57,677 nt of DNA from NCBI GenBank assembly GCA_964614955.1, contig CAZTNR010000002.1:1-57677 (forward strand), written 5' to 3'. This DNA comes from an uncultured Oscillospiraceae bacterium. GTDB taxonomy: Bacteria; Bacillota; Clostridia; Oscillospirales; CAG-382. A program made the position numbers and the translations under genes. Shown piece by piece: positions 1 through 8,939 of the stretch. The notes beneath the pieces are model-generated. The model did not search any database. It saw only the letters and a list, made by a program, of their open reading frames with translations, and was not told where the DNA came from. Within the stretch, counting starts at the first letter, position 1, and each line of letters starts with the position of its first letter.

Positions 1-1314
1 GACGAATTCAAGGACTCTAACTATGCGGATGCAATTAAGAGACTTTGCCCTGAGCTTGAGCATACATCACCCGGCAAGCCCCTTCACTGCAAGAAGCTTC
101 CTATGCTCAGAAATGTAATTACAGTAGGCTTCAAGATGGCAGGCTGCCTTGAGTGGAATGAGGCAATGCAGAGGGCTGCTGATGTTCCTGTTGAAAAAAT
201 ATACAAAATGGCGTCGGAGGTTGACATCCACGACGTATGTAATATGCAGTATACATCGGGTACAACAGGCTTCCCCAAGGGCGTTATGCTTACTCACTAT
301 AATGTTGTAAATAACGGTAAGTATATCGGTGACCATATGGATTTGTCAACTGCAGATCGTATGATGATTCAGGTACCTATGTTCCATTGCTTCGGTATGG
401 TGCTTTCGATGACTTCGTCTATGACACACGGTACTACTATGTGTCCTATGCCTTATTTCTCACCAAAATCCTCACTTGCCTGCATCAATCAGGAGCATAT
501 TACAGCCTTTAACGGTGTACCTACAATGTTTATTGCTATGATGCAGCACGCTGATTTTGATAAGACAGATTTCAGCTATATGAGAGTTGGAATTATGGCA
601 GGTGCAAACTGTCCCGCAGACCTTATGAAGCTTGCGGCAACAGGTCCTATGAATATGAAGCAGATTGTATCTGTTTACGGTCAGACGGAAGCGAGCCCCG
701 GTTGTACAATGAGCTCATACTATGATGATTTAACAGTAAGAACCGAGACCGTAGGCTCTGCCTTTGCAAATGTTGAATGTAAGGTAATAGACCCCGAAAC
801 AGGTCTTGATGTACCGGACGGCGTAAACGGCGAGTTTGTAGCACGCGGCTATAACATTATGAAGGGCTATTATAAAATGCCGGAAGCAACAGCGGCGGCA
901 ATCGACGAAAACGGCTGGCTTCATTCTGGTGACCTTGCCTGCAGAGATTCTAACGGTAACTACCGCATTACAGGCCGCTTAAAGGATATGATTATCCGCG
1001 GCGGTGAAAACATTTATCCTAAGGAAATAGAAGAATTTATCTATACCAATCCCAAGGTTCGCGACGTACAAGTAATCGGTGTTCCGGACGAACAGTACGG
1101 CGAAGAAATAATGGCTTGTATTATCCTCAAGGATGGGGAAGAGATGACGGAAAAGGAAATGAAGGACTTTATCGTCGCAAGCCTTGCAAAGCATAAGGTG
1201 CCGAGATATATTGACTTTGTCAAGGAATTCCCGATGAATGCTGCGGGTAAGATTCTTAAGTATAAGATGAGAGAAGAAGCCGCAGAAAAGCTCGGACTTA
1301 ATAAAAAGCAATAA
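1..1314 (+). CDS. AMP-dependent acyl-CoA synthetase/ligase; the 5' end lies outside the window
   Basis: Frame 1 is open from base 1 (DEFKDSNYADAIKRL...) into the 403-aa track ORF. It carries the AMP-binding signature YTSGTTGFPKGVMLTH, then GWLHSGD and a C-terminal ...AAGKILK. TAA stop at 1312-1314. Confidence 0.9.
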   Translation, partial: DEFKDSNYADAIKRLCPELEHTSPGKPLHCKKLPMLRNVITVGFKMAGCLEWNEAMQRAADVPVEKIYKMASEVDIHDVCNMQYTSGTTGFPKGVMLTHYNVVNNGKYIGDHMDLSTADRMMIQVPMFHCFGMVLSMTSSMTHGTTMCPMPYFSPKSSLACINQEHITAFNGVPTMFIAMMQHADFDKTDFSYMRVGIMAGANCPADLMKLAATGPMNMKQIVSVYGQTEASPGCTMSSYYDDLTVRTETVGSAFANVECKVIDPETGLDVPDGVNGEFVARGYNIMKGYYKMPEATAAAIDENGWLHSGDLACRDSNGNYRITGRLKDMIIRGGENIYPKEIEEFIYTNPKVRDVQVIGVPDEQYGEEIMACIILKDGEEMTEKEMKDFIVASLAKHKVPRYIDFVKEFPMNAAGKILKYKMREEAAEKLGLNKKQ

Positions 1315-1321
1315 ATTATAT

Positions 1322-1341
1322 GGGCGGATGAAGATCCGCCC
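1322..1341 (+). terminator. Possible weak intrinsic terminator after the acyl-CoA synthetase gene
   Basis: GGGCGGAT-gaag-ATCCGCCC, an 8-bp GC-rich stem 8 nt after the stop. The downstream U-tract is poor (gtaatatatt). Confidence 0.4.
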
Positions 1342-1360
1342 GTAATATATTAAATAACTC

Positions 1361-1389
1361 TTGAAATATCGTGGATTATTTGATATAAT
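1361..1389 (+). promoter_or_regulatory. Sigma-A type promoter for the PFOR gene
   Basis: TTGAAA (1361-1366), a 17-nt spacer ending in TGa (extended -10), then TATAAT (1384-1389). It lies ~45 nt upstream of ATG 1435. Confidence 0.55.
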
Positions 1390-1434
1390 CAATCAATATT
1401 GAAATACTTGCATATACCGAAAGGACAAATTAAA

Positions 1435-4400
1435 ATGTCAGATAAAAAGCTTGTAACTATGGACGGTAATGAGGCTGCTGCATATATATCCTATGCCTTT
1501 AGCGAAATTGCGGCGATTTACCCCATAACTCCATCCTCGCCGATGGCAGGTAAAACAGACGCATGGTCTGCAAACGGAAAAAAGAATATATTCGGTCAGG
1601 AAGTATCCCTTGTGGAAATGCAGTCTGAGGCAGGTGCTATTGCGGCTGTTCACGGCTCGCTTGAAACGGGTGCACTTTCTGCAACCTTTACATCAAGCCA
1701 GGGACTTATGCTTATGATTCCGGTGCTTCACAGAATTTCGGGCGAAAGACTTCCCGGTGTTGTACACGTAGCATCCCGTACGGTTGGTACACACGCCCTT
1801 TCAATTTTCGGTGACCATTCGGATATCTATAACTGCCGTCAGTGCGGCTTTGCTATGCTGTCCACATCCTCTGTTCAGGAAATAATGGATTTGGCTTCCG
1901 TTGCACATCTTTCGGCAATTAAGTCAAGGATTCCTTTTATGCATTTTTTTGATGGCTTCAGAACAAGCCATCAGATTGATAAGGTTGAAGAAATGCCTTA
2001 CAGCGAGCTTTCCAAGCTTGTCGATTATGATGCCCTCAACGAATATAAGAGAGGCGCACTCAATCCTGACCACCCTGATCTTCGTGCAACCGTTCAGAAC
2101 CCCGATATTTTCTTCCAAGTCAGAGAAGCAAATAACACAGACTATAATGAGCTTCCCGAAACGGTTGAAAACTATATGAAAGAGATTTCAAGGATTACGG
2201 GCAGGGAATACCACCTCTTCAATTACTACGGTGTAAAAGATGCCGAAAATGTAATTGTTGCTATGGGTTCTGTGTCCGAAGCTGTAATGGAAACCGTTGA
2301 TTACCTTAATAGAAACGGCAAAAGGGTCGGCTTTCTGCAGGTACATCTCTATAGACCTTTTTCTGCAAAGCATTTTCTCTCTGCACTTCCCGAAACCGTA
2401 AAGAAGATTGCAGTTCTTGACAGAACAAAGGAAATGGGTGCGGTAGGAGAACCGCTTTATACAGATGTCAGAAGCGTACTCTTTGATAAAGATATTATCG
2501 TTATCGGCGGCAGATACGGGCTTTCTTCCAAGGATACAACCCCCTCGGATATACTCGGTGTATTTGAAAACCTGGATAAAGATGTGCCGCTAAACGGCTT
2601 TACCGTAAGCATCAATGATGACCTAACTCACCTCAGCCTTGCACCTTCAACCGTAATCAACGCCGAAAACGATGATACGGTAAGCTGTAAATTCTGGGGT
2701 CTCGGTTCTGACGGTACTGTCGGTGCAAACCACAGTACGGTAAAGATTATCAATGACCACACTGAAAAGTACGCACAGGCTTATTTTGAATATGATGCAA
2801 AGAAGTCCTTCGGCGTTACAAAATCCCACCTCAGATTTAGCTCAAAGCCTATACGCTCCACTTATTATGTCAAGAATGCAGACTTTATTGCCTGCCATAA
2901 TCAGAGCTATATTTATAAATACGATATCGTAACCGAACTTAAGGAGGGCGGCACATTCCTTCTTAACTGCTCTTATTCACCCGATGAGCTTGATGCACGT
3001 CTTCCCGTGGCACTTAAGAAAGAACTCGCAAAGAAGAAAGCAAGCTTCTATATTATAGATGCAACCAAAATTGCCGATGAAATCGGACTTCACGGAAGAA
3101 TCAATATGGTGCTTCAGGCGGCATTCTTTACTCTTGCAAGGGTAATTGATCCCGAAGAAGCAAAGAACTATATGATTGACTCTGCAAGGAAAACCTACTT
3201 TGCAAAGGGTGAGGATGTAGTTAATAAGAATGTTGAAGCTATCCTCAAAGGTGCTTCGGCGTTTAAAAAGATTGATGTTCCCGAAAACTGGGGCAGTCTT
3301 TCCGATGTATTTGCAAATCCCGATATGTCAAAGCCTGAGGTTGTAACTCAGATACTTGAACCCATCAACAACCAGAAGGGCGACGATCTTCCCGTATCCG
3401 TCTTCAGTAAGTATAAGGACGGCAGAATCGAGCTCGGTCTTACTGCCTTTGAAAAGAGAGCAATTTCCGAGAATATCCCTGTATGGAATCCCGAAAAATG
3501 CATCCAGTGTAATAAGTGTGCTTTTGTTTGTCCTCACGCTGTTATAAGACCTTATCTTTTGAGTGAAGACGAGGTTAAGAATGCACCTGCTTCTATGAAG
3601 TACGTAAAGGCAAACGGCAAGGCTGCAGAAGGACTTTACTATACACTTTCTGTCAGCGGTGCCGACTGTACTGGCTGCGGAAGCTGTGTAAATAACTGCC
3701 TTGCCAAAGAAAAGGCAATTACAATGGAGCACGTTTCAAATGTTCCTACATATGATGAAGCTTGGGAATATACACTTAAAACAAGCGATAAGGGCGAAAT
3801 CTTCGATAAGTATACATTAAAGGGAAGCCAGTTCAGAACGCCCTTGCTTGAGTTCTCGGCGGCTTGTGCAGGCTGCGGTGAAACTCCTTATGCAAAGCTT
3901 CTTACTCAGCTTTTCGGCGATAAGGCTTACTGGGCAAACGCAACCGGCTGTTCGCAGGCGTGGGGCTCACCGATGCCGGGTATTCCGTATACAAAGAATG
4001 CTAAGGGCAAGGGGCCTGCCTGGTCAAACTCCCTTTTTGAAAATAATGCAGAGTTCTCACTCGGTATGCTTATTGCCGACAGAAAGCAAAGAGAGCTTGT
4101 TAAAATCAATGTCGAAAAGCTTGTCGAAAGCTGTGATGATTCGGCACTCTTGAATGCGGCAGAAAAATGGCTTGAAACCTATGACGATATAGATGCAAAT
4201 GAAGCTGCCTCCGAAGGCCTTATTACGGCACTCAAAAATGCCGAAAAGACAGACGCAGTGAGTGCAGTTCTTCGTGATTCAGACAGACTTTCAAAAAAGA
4301 CATTCTGGATGTTTGGCGGTGACGGCTGGGCATATGATATCGGCTTTGGAGGTCTTGACCACGTAATAGCATCCGGCGAAGATATCAATGTCTTTGTTGT

Positions 4401-4938
4401 TGATACAGAGGTTTATTCAAACACAGGCGGTCAGTCTTCAAAGGCAACACCGCTTGGAGCCGTCGCACAGTTTGCGGCATCAGGTAAAAAGTCGAAGAAA
4501 AAAGACCTCGGTGCTATGCTTATGACCTACGGCAACGTATACGTTGCGCAGGTTGCAATGGGAGCAGATGCCAATCAGCTTATAAAGGCGCTTAAAGAGG
4601 CTCAGAGCTATAAAGGACCTTCTGTTGTTATCGCTTATACACCTTGTCTTTCCCACGGTATCAAAATCGGTATGGACAGGGTGCAGGAGGAAATGAAGAG
4701 GGCTGTTGACTGCGGTTACTGGATTCTTTACAGATATAATCCCGATGCTGAGGGAAAGCATCTTACGGTTGATTCCAAAGAGCCGTCCTGCGACCTTATG
4801 GACTTCTTTGACGGTGAAGTCAGATACGCATCTCTTAAGAGAACATTCCCTGAAAACGCAAAGGTACTCTTTGAGCAGAGCAGGGTGGATGCTGTCGAAA
4901 GATATAACAAGTATAAGAAAATGGAAGAATATATGTAA
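1435..4938 (+). CDS. nifJ: Pyruvate:ferredoxin (flavodoxin) oxidoreductase, single-chain PFOR
   Basis: 1167 aa. ATG 1435 is preceded by an AAAGGA RBS; the track ORF starts at an upstream TTG at 1399 that has no RBS. Two 4Fe-4S motifs (CIQCNKCAFVCPH, CTGCGSCVNNC) and the TPP-binding GGDGWAYDIGFGGLDH motif. Length and domain order are typical of NifJ/Por. Confidence 0.95.
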   Translation: MSDKKLVTMDGNEAAAYISYAFSEIAAIYPITPSSPMAGKTDAWSANGKKNIFGQEVSLVEMQSEAGAIAAVHGSLETGALSATFTSSQGLMLMIPVLHRISGERLPGVVHVASRTVGTHALSIFGDHSDIYNCRQCGFAMLSTSSVQEIMDLASVAHLSAIKSRIPFMHFFDGFRTSHQIDKVEEMPYSELSKLVDYDALNEYKRGALNPDHPDLRATVQNPDIFFQVREANNTDYNELPETVENYMKEISRITGREYHLFNYYGVKDAENVIVAMGSVSEAVMETVDYLNRNGKRVGFLQVHLYRPFSAKHFLSALPETVKKIAVLDRTKEMGAVGEPLYTDVRSVLFDKDIIVIGGRYGLSSKDTTPSDILGVFENLDKDVPLNGFTVSINDDLTHLSLAPSTVINAENDDTVSCKFWGLGSDGTVGANHSTVKIINDHTEKYAQAYFEYDAKKSFGVTKSHLRFSSKPIRSTYYVKNADFIACHNQSYIYKYDIVTELKEGGTFLLNCSYSPDELDARLPVALKKELAKKKASFYIIDATKIADEIGLHGRINMVLQAAFFTLARVIDPEEAKNYMIDSARKTYFAKGEDVVNKNVEAILKGASAFKKIDVPENWGSLSDVFANPDMSKPEVVTQILEPINNQKGDDLPVSVFSKYKDGRIELGLTAFEKRAISENIPVWNPEKCIQCNKCAFVCPHAVIRPYLLSEDEVKNAPASMKYVKANGKAAEGLYYTLSVSGADCTGCGSCVNNCLAKEKAITMEHVSNVPTYDEAWEYTLKTSDKGEIFDKYTLKGSQFRTPLLEFSAACAGCGETPYAKLLTQLFGDKAYWANATGCSQAWGSPMPGIPYTKNAKGKGPAWSNSLFENNAEFSLGMLIADRKQRELVKINVEKLVESCDDSALLNAAEKWLETYDDIDANEAASEGLITALKNAEKTDAVSAVLRDSDRLSKKTFWMFGGDGWAYDIGFGGLDHVIASGEDINVFVVDTEVYSNTGGQSSKATPLGAVAQFAASGKKSKKKDLGAMLMTYGNVYVAQVAMGADANQLIKALKEAQSYKGPSVVIAYTPCLSHGIKIGMDRVQEEMKRAVDCGYWILYRYNPDAEGKHLTVDSKEPSCDLMDFFDGEVRYASLKRTFPENAKVLFEQSRVDAVERYNKYKKMEEYM

Positions 4939-4944
4939 AAGAGA

Positions 4945-4969
4945 AAAGGCGGTTTCAAACCGCCTTTTT
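4945..4969. terminator. Bidirectional intrinsic terminator between the convergent PFOR and glycoside hydrolase genes
   Basis: AAAGGCGG-tttcaaa-CCGCCTTT hairpin, flanked by an A-run on the left and a T-run on the right. It sits between the stop at 4938 and the minus-strand stop at 4976. Confidence 0.8.
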
Positions 4970-4975
4970 GTTGTG

Positions 4976-7921
4976 TTATTTCAGATAAATACCGATGCCC
5001 GAGAAGCTGTAGCTGTTTTCTTCCCAGGCTTCTCTGGTTTTTGCAAGTTTCCAGATTCTTGATTCATTGTGGAACGCGGCAGGTGCCGAGAATTTGGGAT
5101 TGCTGCCGAGATGATGGCATCCCATCATATTCTGGAATGAGGTAATAAGCTCGATTTCAACCTCATTTTCACCGGCATTAAGAAGTCCCGAGAGATTTAC
5201 TTCATACGGTGCCCAGTATATGGGAGTAAGATCTTTTCCGTTGACATTAATCTTTGTAACAACACTGCAGAGACGTGAAAACTCTATGCTCCTGTTTTCG
5301 GTTTCATCAGCCGTTAGTGTGAAGGTCTTTTTTAGTGTCATACTTCCGCAGAAGAAGGGGAAGCCCTGAGGTGCTATGTCGCCGTTTTCAATATGGAAGG
5401 GTCTTTTTGTAAGAGAGAATTTTCCGTATGTCTTATATCCGTCACCGCCGCAGGGTGTAAACTCTTCGCTTGAATTTACGGCGAATTCACCGAGAAGATA
5501 AATAGGTTCTATTTCCATATCGTAGTAAAGCTTGTTTTTAACTGACTCAAACTGCGTACAGTTGTCAAGTGTGTCATATACAACCTGAGACTGAACAAAA
5601 TCACATTCAAGCGTAATTATGTTGTAGCCCTTTTCAAGCTTTCCTGTAATGTCGATAATCTTAAAGGACTTGTCTCTGTAGTAGCCGAGAACATTCTTTT
5701 CGATAAGCTTGCCGTTAATGTAGATTGTGTACTGCTCGGGTCTTTCTATGACAAGCTGAATTTTGTCGGGAATATTTCTGTCAAGATTTACGTCAAAGTC
5801 CATAGCAACCTTGACCTTTCTCTTTAAGTCGCAGGCAAGCTGCATAACATCGAGAATGTAGGCGTTCTTGCGTTCAAGCTCACCGTCAAAGTAAACGTCG
5901 CACTTATCAAGGGTAAGAAGGTTATCGTCACTCTTTGCGATTTCCCAGTCACCGAAAAGTTTTTCATTGACAGGGGATAACGCTGCTGTTTTGTCTTCAA
6001 CGCTCTTGTATACGTCATCCTGCCTTACAAAGTAGACAACAGAACCCTTTTTCTCAAAGGTGTGGTTAACTGTAATAACGCCGTCTTTTTCTGTAAAGGA
6101 AACGGGACGGGTTTCGCCTGTCATATAGTCGAACATTGCAACCGATTTTCCGTAAAGACTGATTTTTGTATCTGCCTTGTCCGAGAAGGAATTTACAAAG
6201 TAGAACATTTCAAAGTCGTCGAAAATTCGTCTGCATACCTGAATATCAACGGGATTGTTCTCTTTGTCACATATTGCACAGCAGCGCGCTGTATCAGGGA
6301 TGAAAGAAAGAATATCTTCTGTTTTATCGGCTTTGTTTTTGCATATTAATTCTGCTTTGTTACATCTTTCACCGTCAACAAGATACGGAGCCTTGTCTAC
6401 GAAGATAAGCTTTCCGCCATTGTCTTGGAATTGAGTCAGCAGCTCCAATGTGTTGCTGTCAATACATTCGGATGACGGTACGATAATTGTTGAATATGTA
6501 ATTTTACCGACTGTAAATTTGTTGCCCTCAATCCTCGCGTACTTTTTCATAATCTTGTCGTCACCGAGGTGGAAGAGAATCTGGTTTTGATCGAGAACAG
6601 TCATTACGTCGAACAATTTCCCCTGTATATTATTGCATCTTATTCTCTTTTCTCTTTCATCGCCGTGCCAGTTAACCCAGGCTGAAGACATAGTGTGAAG
6701 CACAAGCACATCGCACTTAATTTCACCTTCTGCAAGAAGCATACCCATACGGCTTGCAAAATCGTTAAAGTCTCGATAATCATTCCACCAGGGATTCTGG
6801 TAGAAGTGACCTGCAGGATAGTCGCGCTTACGAAGACCCTCCAGACTGTAGCCTGCAAGATGCTGGCAGAGTAGATTTACACCCTTGACCATCTGCCATT
6901 CGTATACGTGCTTTAATTCTTCAAAGGAAACATCCCAGCCGCACATGGCAAAGCTTTCGGTCAGAATCTGCTTTTTTCCGAGCTGTGCACAGACGGATGT
7001 TACCTGAGAGGGCATGAGGTATCTGTTTAGTGAAAGCCCCAATTTGTCAACTCCGGGTATATGCATATACTCGTAGTTTGGCATAACTGCACCGTTGGAT
7101 TCAATAGCGTCTGTCAGACCTTCTTCAAGAACCATATGACCGGTTAATTCTGAGCCGTTTTCGTTGCACCATTTGTATATTCTTCCCATAAAGTTTTCGC
7201 TGAAAAGATATGTCACAAGCTTCCAAAAACGGAAAAGTGTCTGCTTTCCGCTTTCGGATTCTATAAATAAATCGCAAAGCTTCGGAAGGAGACTTTCACC
7301 GTATGCCTTCTTGTATTCCTCATCAAGGATAAACGACCAGGGAATACCGCCACGGGAAACCTGAGGCTCGTCCGTAAAGAAACCGCGCATATTCTTGAAT
7401 TTGTCACAAAGCTCAGACTTGTACTTTTCGTGAGTTGATTTTAAGAATTCATCGGTTACCTTGCCGTTAAGAGTGTCAACATAAAAGGGATTTACATCAT
7501 AGTAAAAATGAGCAAATTTTCCGTCGTCAAGCCTTATGTTGGTAATGGTTCTGTCAGTAGACTTTTCTTCATCTACTGTTTCCATTCTTAAATACTTCTG
7601 CTGATATTCGACGCCCAGACCGTTTACTGCATCCGAGCCGAAGCCGCTGGGCCAGCCGTTTTCGTCATAACCCCAGGCGTGCATATTAAGCTTTTCGGCT
7701 TCATCAACGGATGCCTTTACGTTGTCCATCCATTCTTCGCCGAGATATGGGGTGGTAAGACCGCCTCTTGCGTGCATAAAAAAGCCGCCCATACCGACTC
7801 TGTTCATTTCGTCTATCTGCCATCTTGTTTCTTGTGCATCAAGCCTTGAATTCCAGGACCAGAAGGGGACAGGTCTGTATTTTGACGGCGGGTTCTTAAT
7901 TCTGCTAAGTATTTCATTCAT
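4976..7921 (-). CDS. Putative glycoside hydrolase, family uncertain, no signal peptide
   Basis: 981-aa ORF. The N-terminus is YRPVPFWSWNSRLDAQETRWQIDEMNRVGMGGFFMHARGGL...EEW...WGYDENGWPSGFG. That motif type occurs in large uncharacterised GH-like proteins, often annotated GH106-like or 'GH2 sugar-binding'. RBS GGAG ~10 nt upstream of the ATG. The family assignment is from memory only. Confidence 0.6.
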   Translation of the reverse strand: MNEILSRIKNPPSKYRPVPFWSWNSRLDAQETRWQIDEMNRVGMGGFFMHARGGLTTPYLGEEWMDNVKASVDEAEKLNMHAWGYDENGWPSGFGSDAVNGLGVEYQQKYLRMETVDEEKSTDRTITNIRLDDGKFAHFYYDVNPFYVDTLNGKVTDEFLKSTHEKYKSELCDKFKNMRGFFTDEPQVSRGGIPWSFILDEEYKKAYGESLLPKLCDLFIESESGKQTLFRFWKLVTYLFSENFMGRIYKWCNENGSELTGHMVLEEGLTDAIESNGAVMPNYEYMHIPGVDKLGLSLNRYLMPSQVTSVCAQLGKKQILTESFAMCGWDVSFEELKHVYEWQMVKGVNLLCQHLAGYSLEGLRKRDYPAGHFYQNPWWNDYRDFNDFASRMGMLLAEGEIKCDVLVLHTMSSAWVNWHGDEREKRIRCNNIQGKLFDVMTVLDQNQILFHLGDDKIMKKYARIEGNKFTVGKITYSTIIVPSSECIDSNTLELLTQFQDNGGKLIFVDKAPYLVDGERCNKAELICKNKADKTEDILSFIPDTARCCAICDKENNPVDIQVCRRIFDDFEMFYFVNSFSDKADTKISLYGKSVAMFDYMTGETRPVSFTEKDGVITVNHTFEKKGSVVYFVRQDDVYKSVEDKTAALSPVNEKLFGDWEIAKSDDNLLTLDKCDVYFDGELERKNAYILDVMQLACDLKRKVKVAMDFDVNLDRNIPDKIQLVIERPEQYTIYINGKLIEKNVLGYYRDKSFKIIDITGKLEKGYNIITLECDFVQSQVVYDTLDNCTQFESVKNKLYYDMEIEPIYLLGEFAVNSSEEFTPCGGDGYKTYGKFSLTKRPFHIENGDIAPQGFPFFCGSMTLKKTFTLTADETENRSIEFSRLCSVVTKINVNGKDLTPIYWAPYEVNLSGLLNAGENEVEIELITSFQNMMGCHHLGSNPKFSAPAAFHNESRIWKLAKTREAWEENSYSFSGIGIYLK

Positions 7922-7975
7922 AAACTTAATTCTCCGTTTCCCACATTACTGCATTATTTGTATTCATTTATTGAA

Positions 7976-8005
7976 TTATAACATTCATTATCTGACAGTG
8001 TCAAT
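7976..8005 (-). promoter_or_regulatory. Sigma-A type promoter of the glycoside hydrolase gene, with its -35 inside a TGACA-N-TGTCA palindrome
   Basis: Minus strand reads TTGACA (8005-8000), an 18-nt spacer, then TATAAT (7981-7976), ~48 nt upstream of ATG 7921. The -35 overlaps the palindrome TGACAgTGTCA (7994-8004). Confidence 0.5.
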
Positions 8006-8139
8006 ACTTTTTCAACATAATCGGTAAGATACCAAATAGTCAATTATTTACATTCAAATGTTTAATAATTTTTTGTATGAGCCGGAGCAGACGTGCTTAA
8101 AATCGAGCAACTTGTTCATAAAAATGTTAAATATAAACA

Positions 8140-8168
8140 TTCATTTCTTTTATATAATTTGATATAAT
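8140..8168 (+). promoter_or_regulatory. Candidate promoter for the first small ORF and giant gene
   Basis: TGaTATAAT extended -10 (TATAAT 8163-8168) with a weak -35 TTCATT (8140-8145). The segment gaatttgtata just downstream is shared with the 17172-17200 promoter region. Confidence 0.3.
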
Positions 8169-8201
8169 GAATTTGTATATCTGTAAAAGGAGGGTCTGCT
8201 T

Positions 8202-8324
8202 ACGAAAAAGAGTAACAAAGAATATGTCTGTCCGAAAATTGATGTAATAAAGGTACAGACACAGGAGATTCTTACTGCCAGCGACGAAGAAGTTTTTGTA
8301 GATGGCGGCAGTTTGTTCGATTAG
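8202..8324 (+). pseudogene. Small acidic ORF (40 codons) homologous to 17414-17545; ACG sits where the ATG is expected
   Basis: GGAGG (8189-8193) is followed 8 nt later by ACG AAA AAG ... giving (T)KKSNKEYVCPKIDVIKVQTQEILTASDEEVFVDGGSLFD, then TAG at 8322-8324. It aligns with the 17414 ORF (Y..P.[LI][ED]V......[ED]IL.AS...EV..DG..LFD). There is no ATG/GTG/TTG in frame after the TAA at 8184. Confidence 0.4.
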
Positions 8325-8372
8325 TTCCCGGCATAGCTTTAATCCAAAATAAACCATAAGGAGAAGAACATT

Positions 8373-8939
8373 ATGAAAAAGTTTTTGAGCATACTGCTTG
8401 CGGTTCTGATGGTGTTTTCATCAACTGTCAGCTATGCTGCACCTTCACTTGCAGGTTCAACCGAAACTGCGGTTGAATATTATGTGCCTGTGATTGAAGA
8501 ACAAGAAGAATCAGCAGAGGCAACACTTGCCGCTGTTGACACAACAGAGTACGGTGAGCTTGTTGTAAGATTTACATACGATAATCTTACCGCAGATACA
8601 GATTACCTTTCGGCATTTACCGTTACTGACTATAACAACGACCTCGTTGATGTCGGCGGTGAATGGGGTTCCGGATCTCATATGAATACCAATTCCAATA
8701 ACACAAGACCCTTCGCATGGGACGGTGCAAACGGTTCTTCTGAAAGACATTCTGCGGTTTATGCAAGAGAAGAATCTGACGGTAACGTGTACCTCGAACT
8801 TCAGGGTACAGGCTCTACCGCAAGATTCGGTATCCGTGACTACAACGGCGGCGGCTTTGCAAAAGCAGGTCACTATATTCTAACAGTAGACGTGCTTTCT
8901 GAAACTAACAAGAGACCTTTTAATAAAGCACACTTCTAG
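8373..8939 (+). CDS. N-terminal fragment of giant surface protein 1 (signal peptide plus part of the first module), ending at the internal TAG
   Basis: RBS AAGGAGAAG is followed by ATG 8373. The signal peptide is nearly identical to that of the 17591 gene. The 188 aa end at TAG in the middle of a module. Confidence 0.8.
   Translation: MKKFLSILLAVLMVFSSTVSYAAPSLAGSTETAVEYYVPVIEEQEESAEATLAAVDTTEYGELVVRFTYDNLTADTDYLSAFTVTDYNNDLVDVGGEWGSGSHMNTNSNNTRPFAWDGANGSSERHSAVYAREESDGNVYLELQGTGSTARFGIRDYNGGGFAKAGHYILTVDVLSETNKRPFNKAHF

Noticed and set aside
1399-1434. Upstream alternative start codons given by the track (TTG 1399 for PFOR, 24649 for paralogue A, ATG 29390 for paralogue C, TTG 35397 for paralogue E)
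   Set aside because: In each case a downstream ATG (1435, 24745, 29414, 35418) has a properly spaced AGGA/GGAG RBS. That ATG begins either a canonical MKK... signal peptide matching the paralogues or the conserved PFOR N-terminus. The upstream codons lack an RBS.
8937-8939. Pyrrolysine or genome-wide TAG reassignment
   Set aside because: There is only one in-frame TAG in ~50 kb of coding sequence. The small ORF at 8202-8324 appears to terminate at TAG, and no pyl genes occur in the window. This cannot be fully excluded without the genome, but a nonsense change is simpler.
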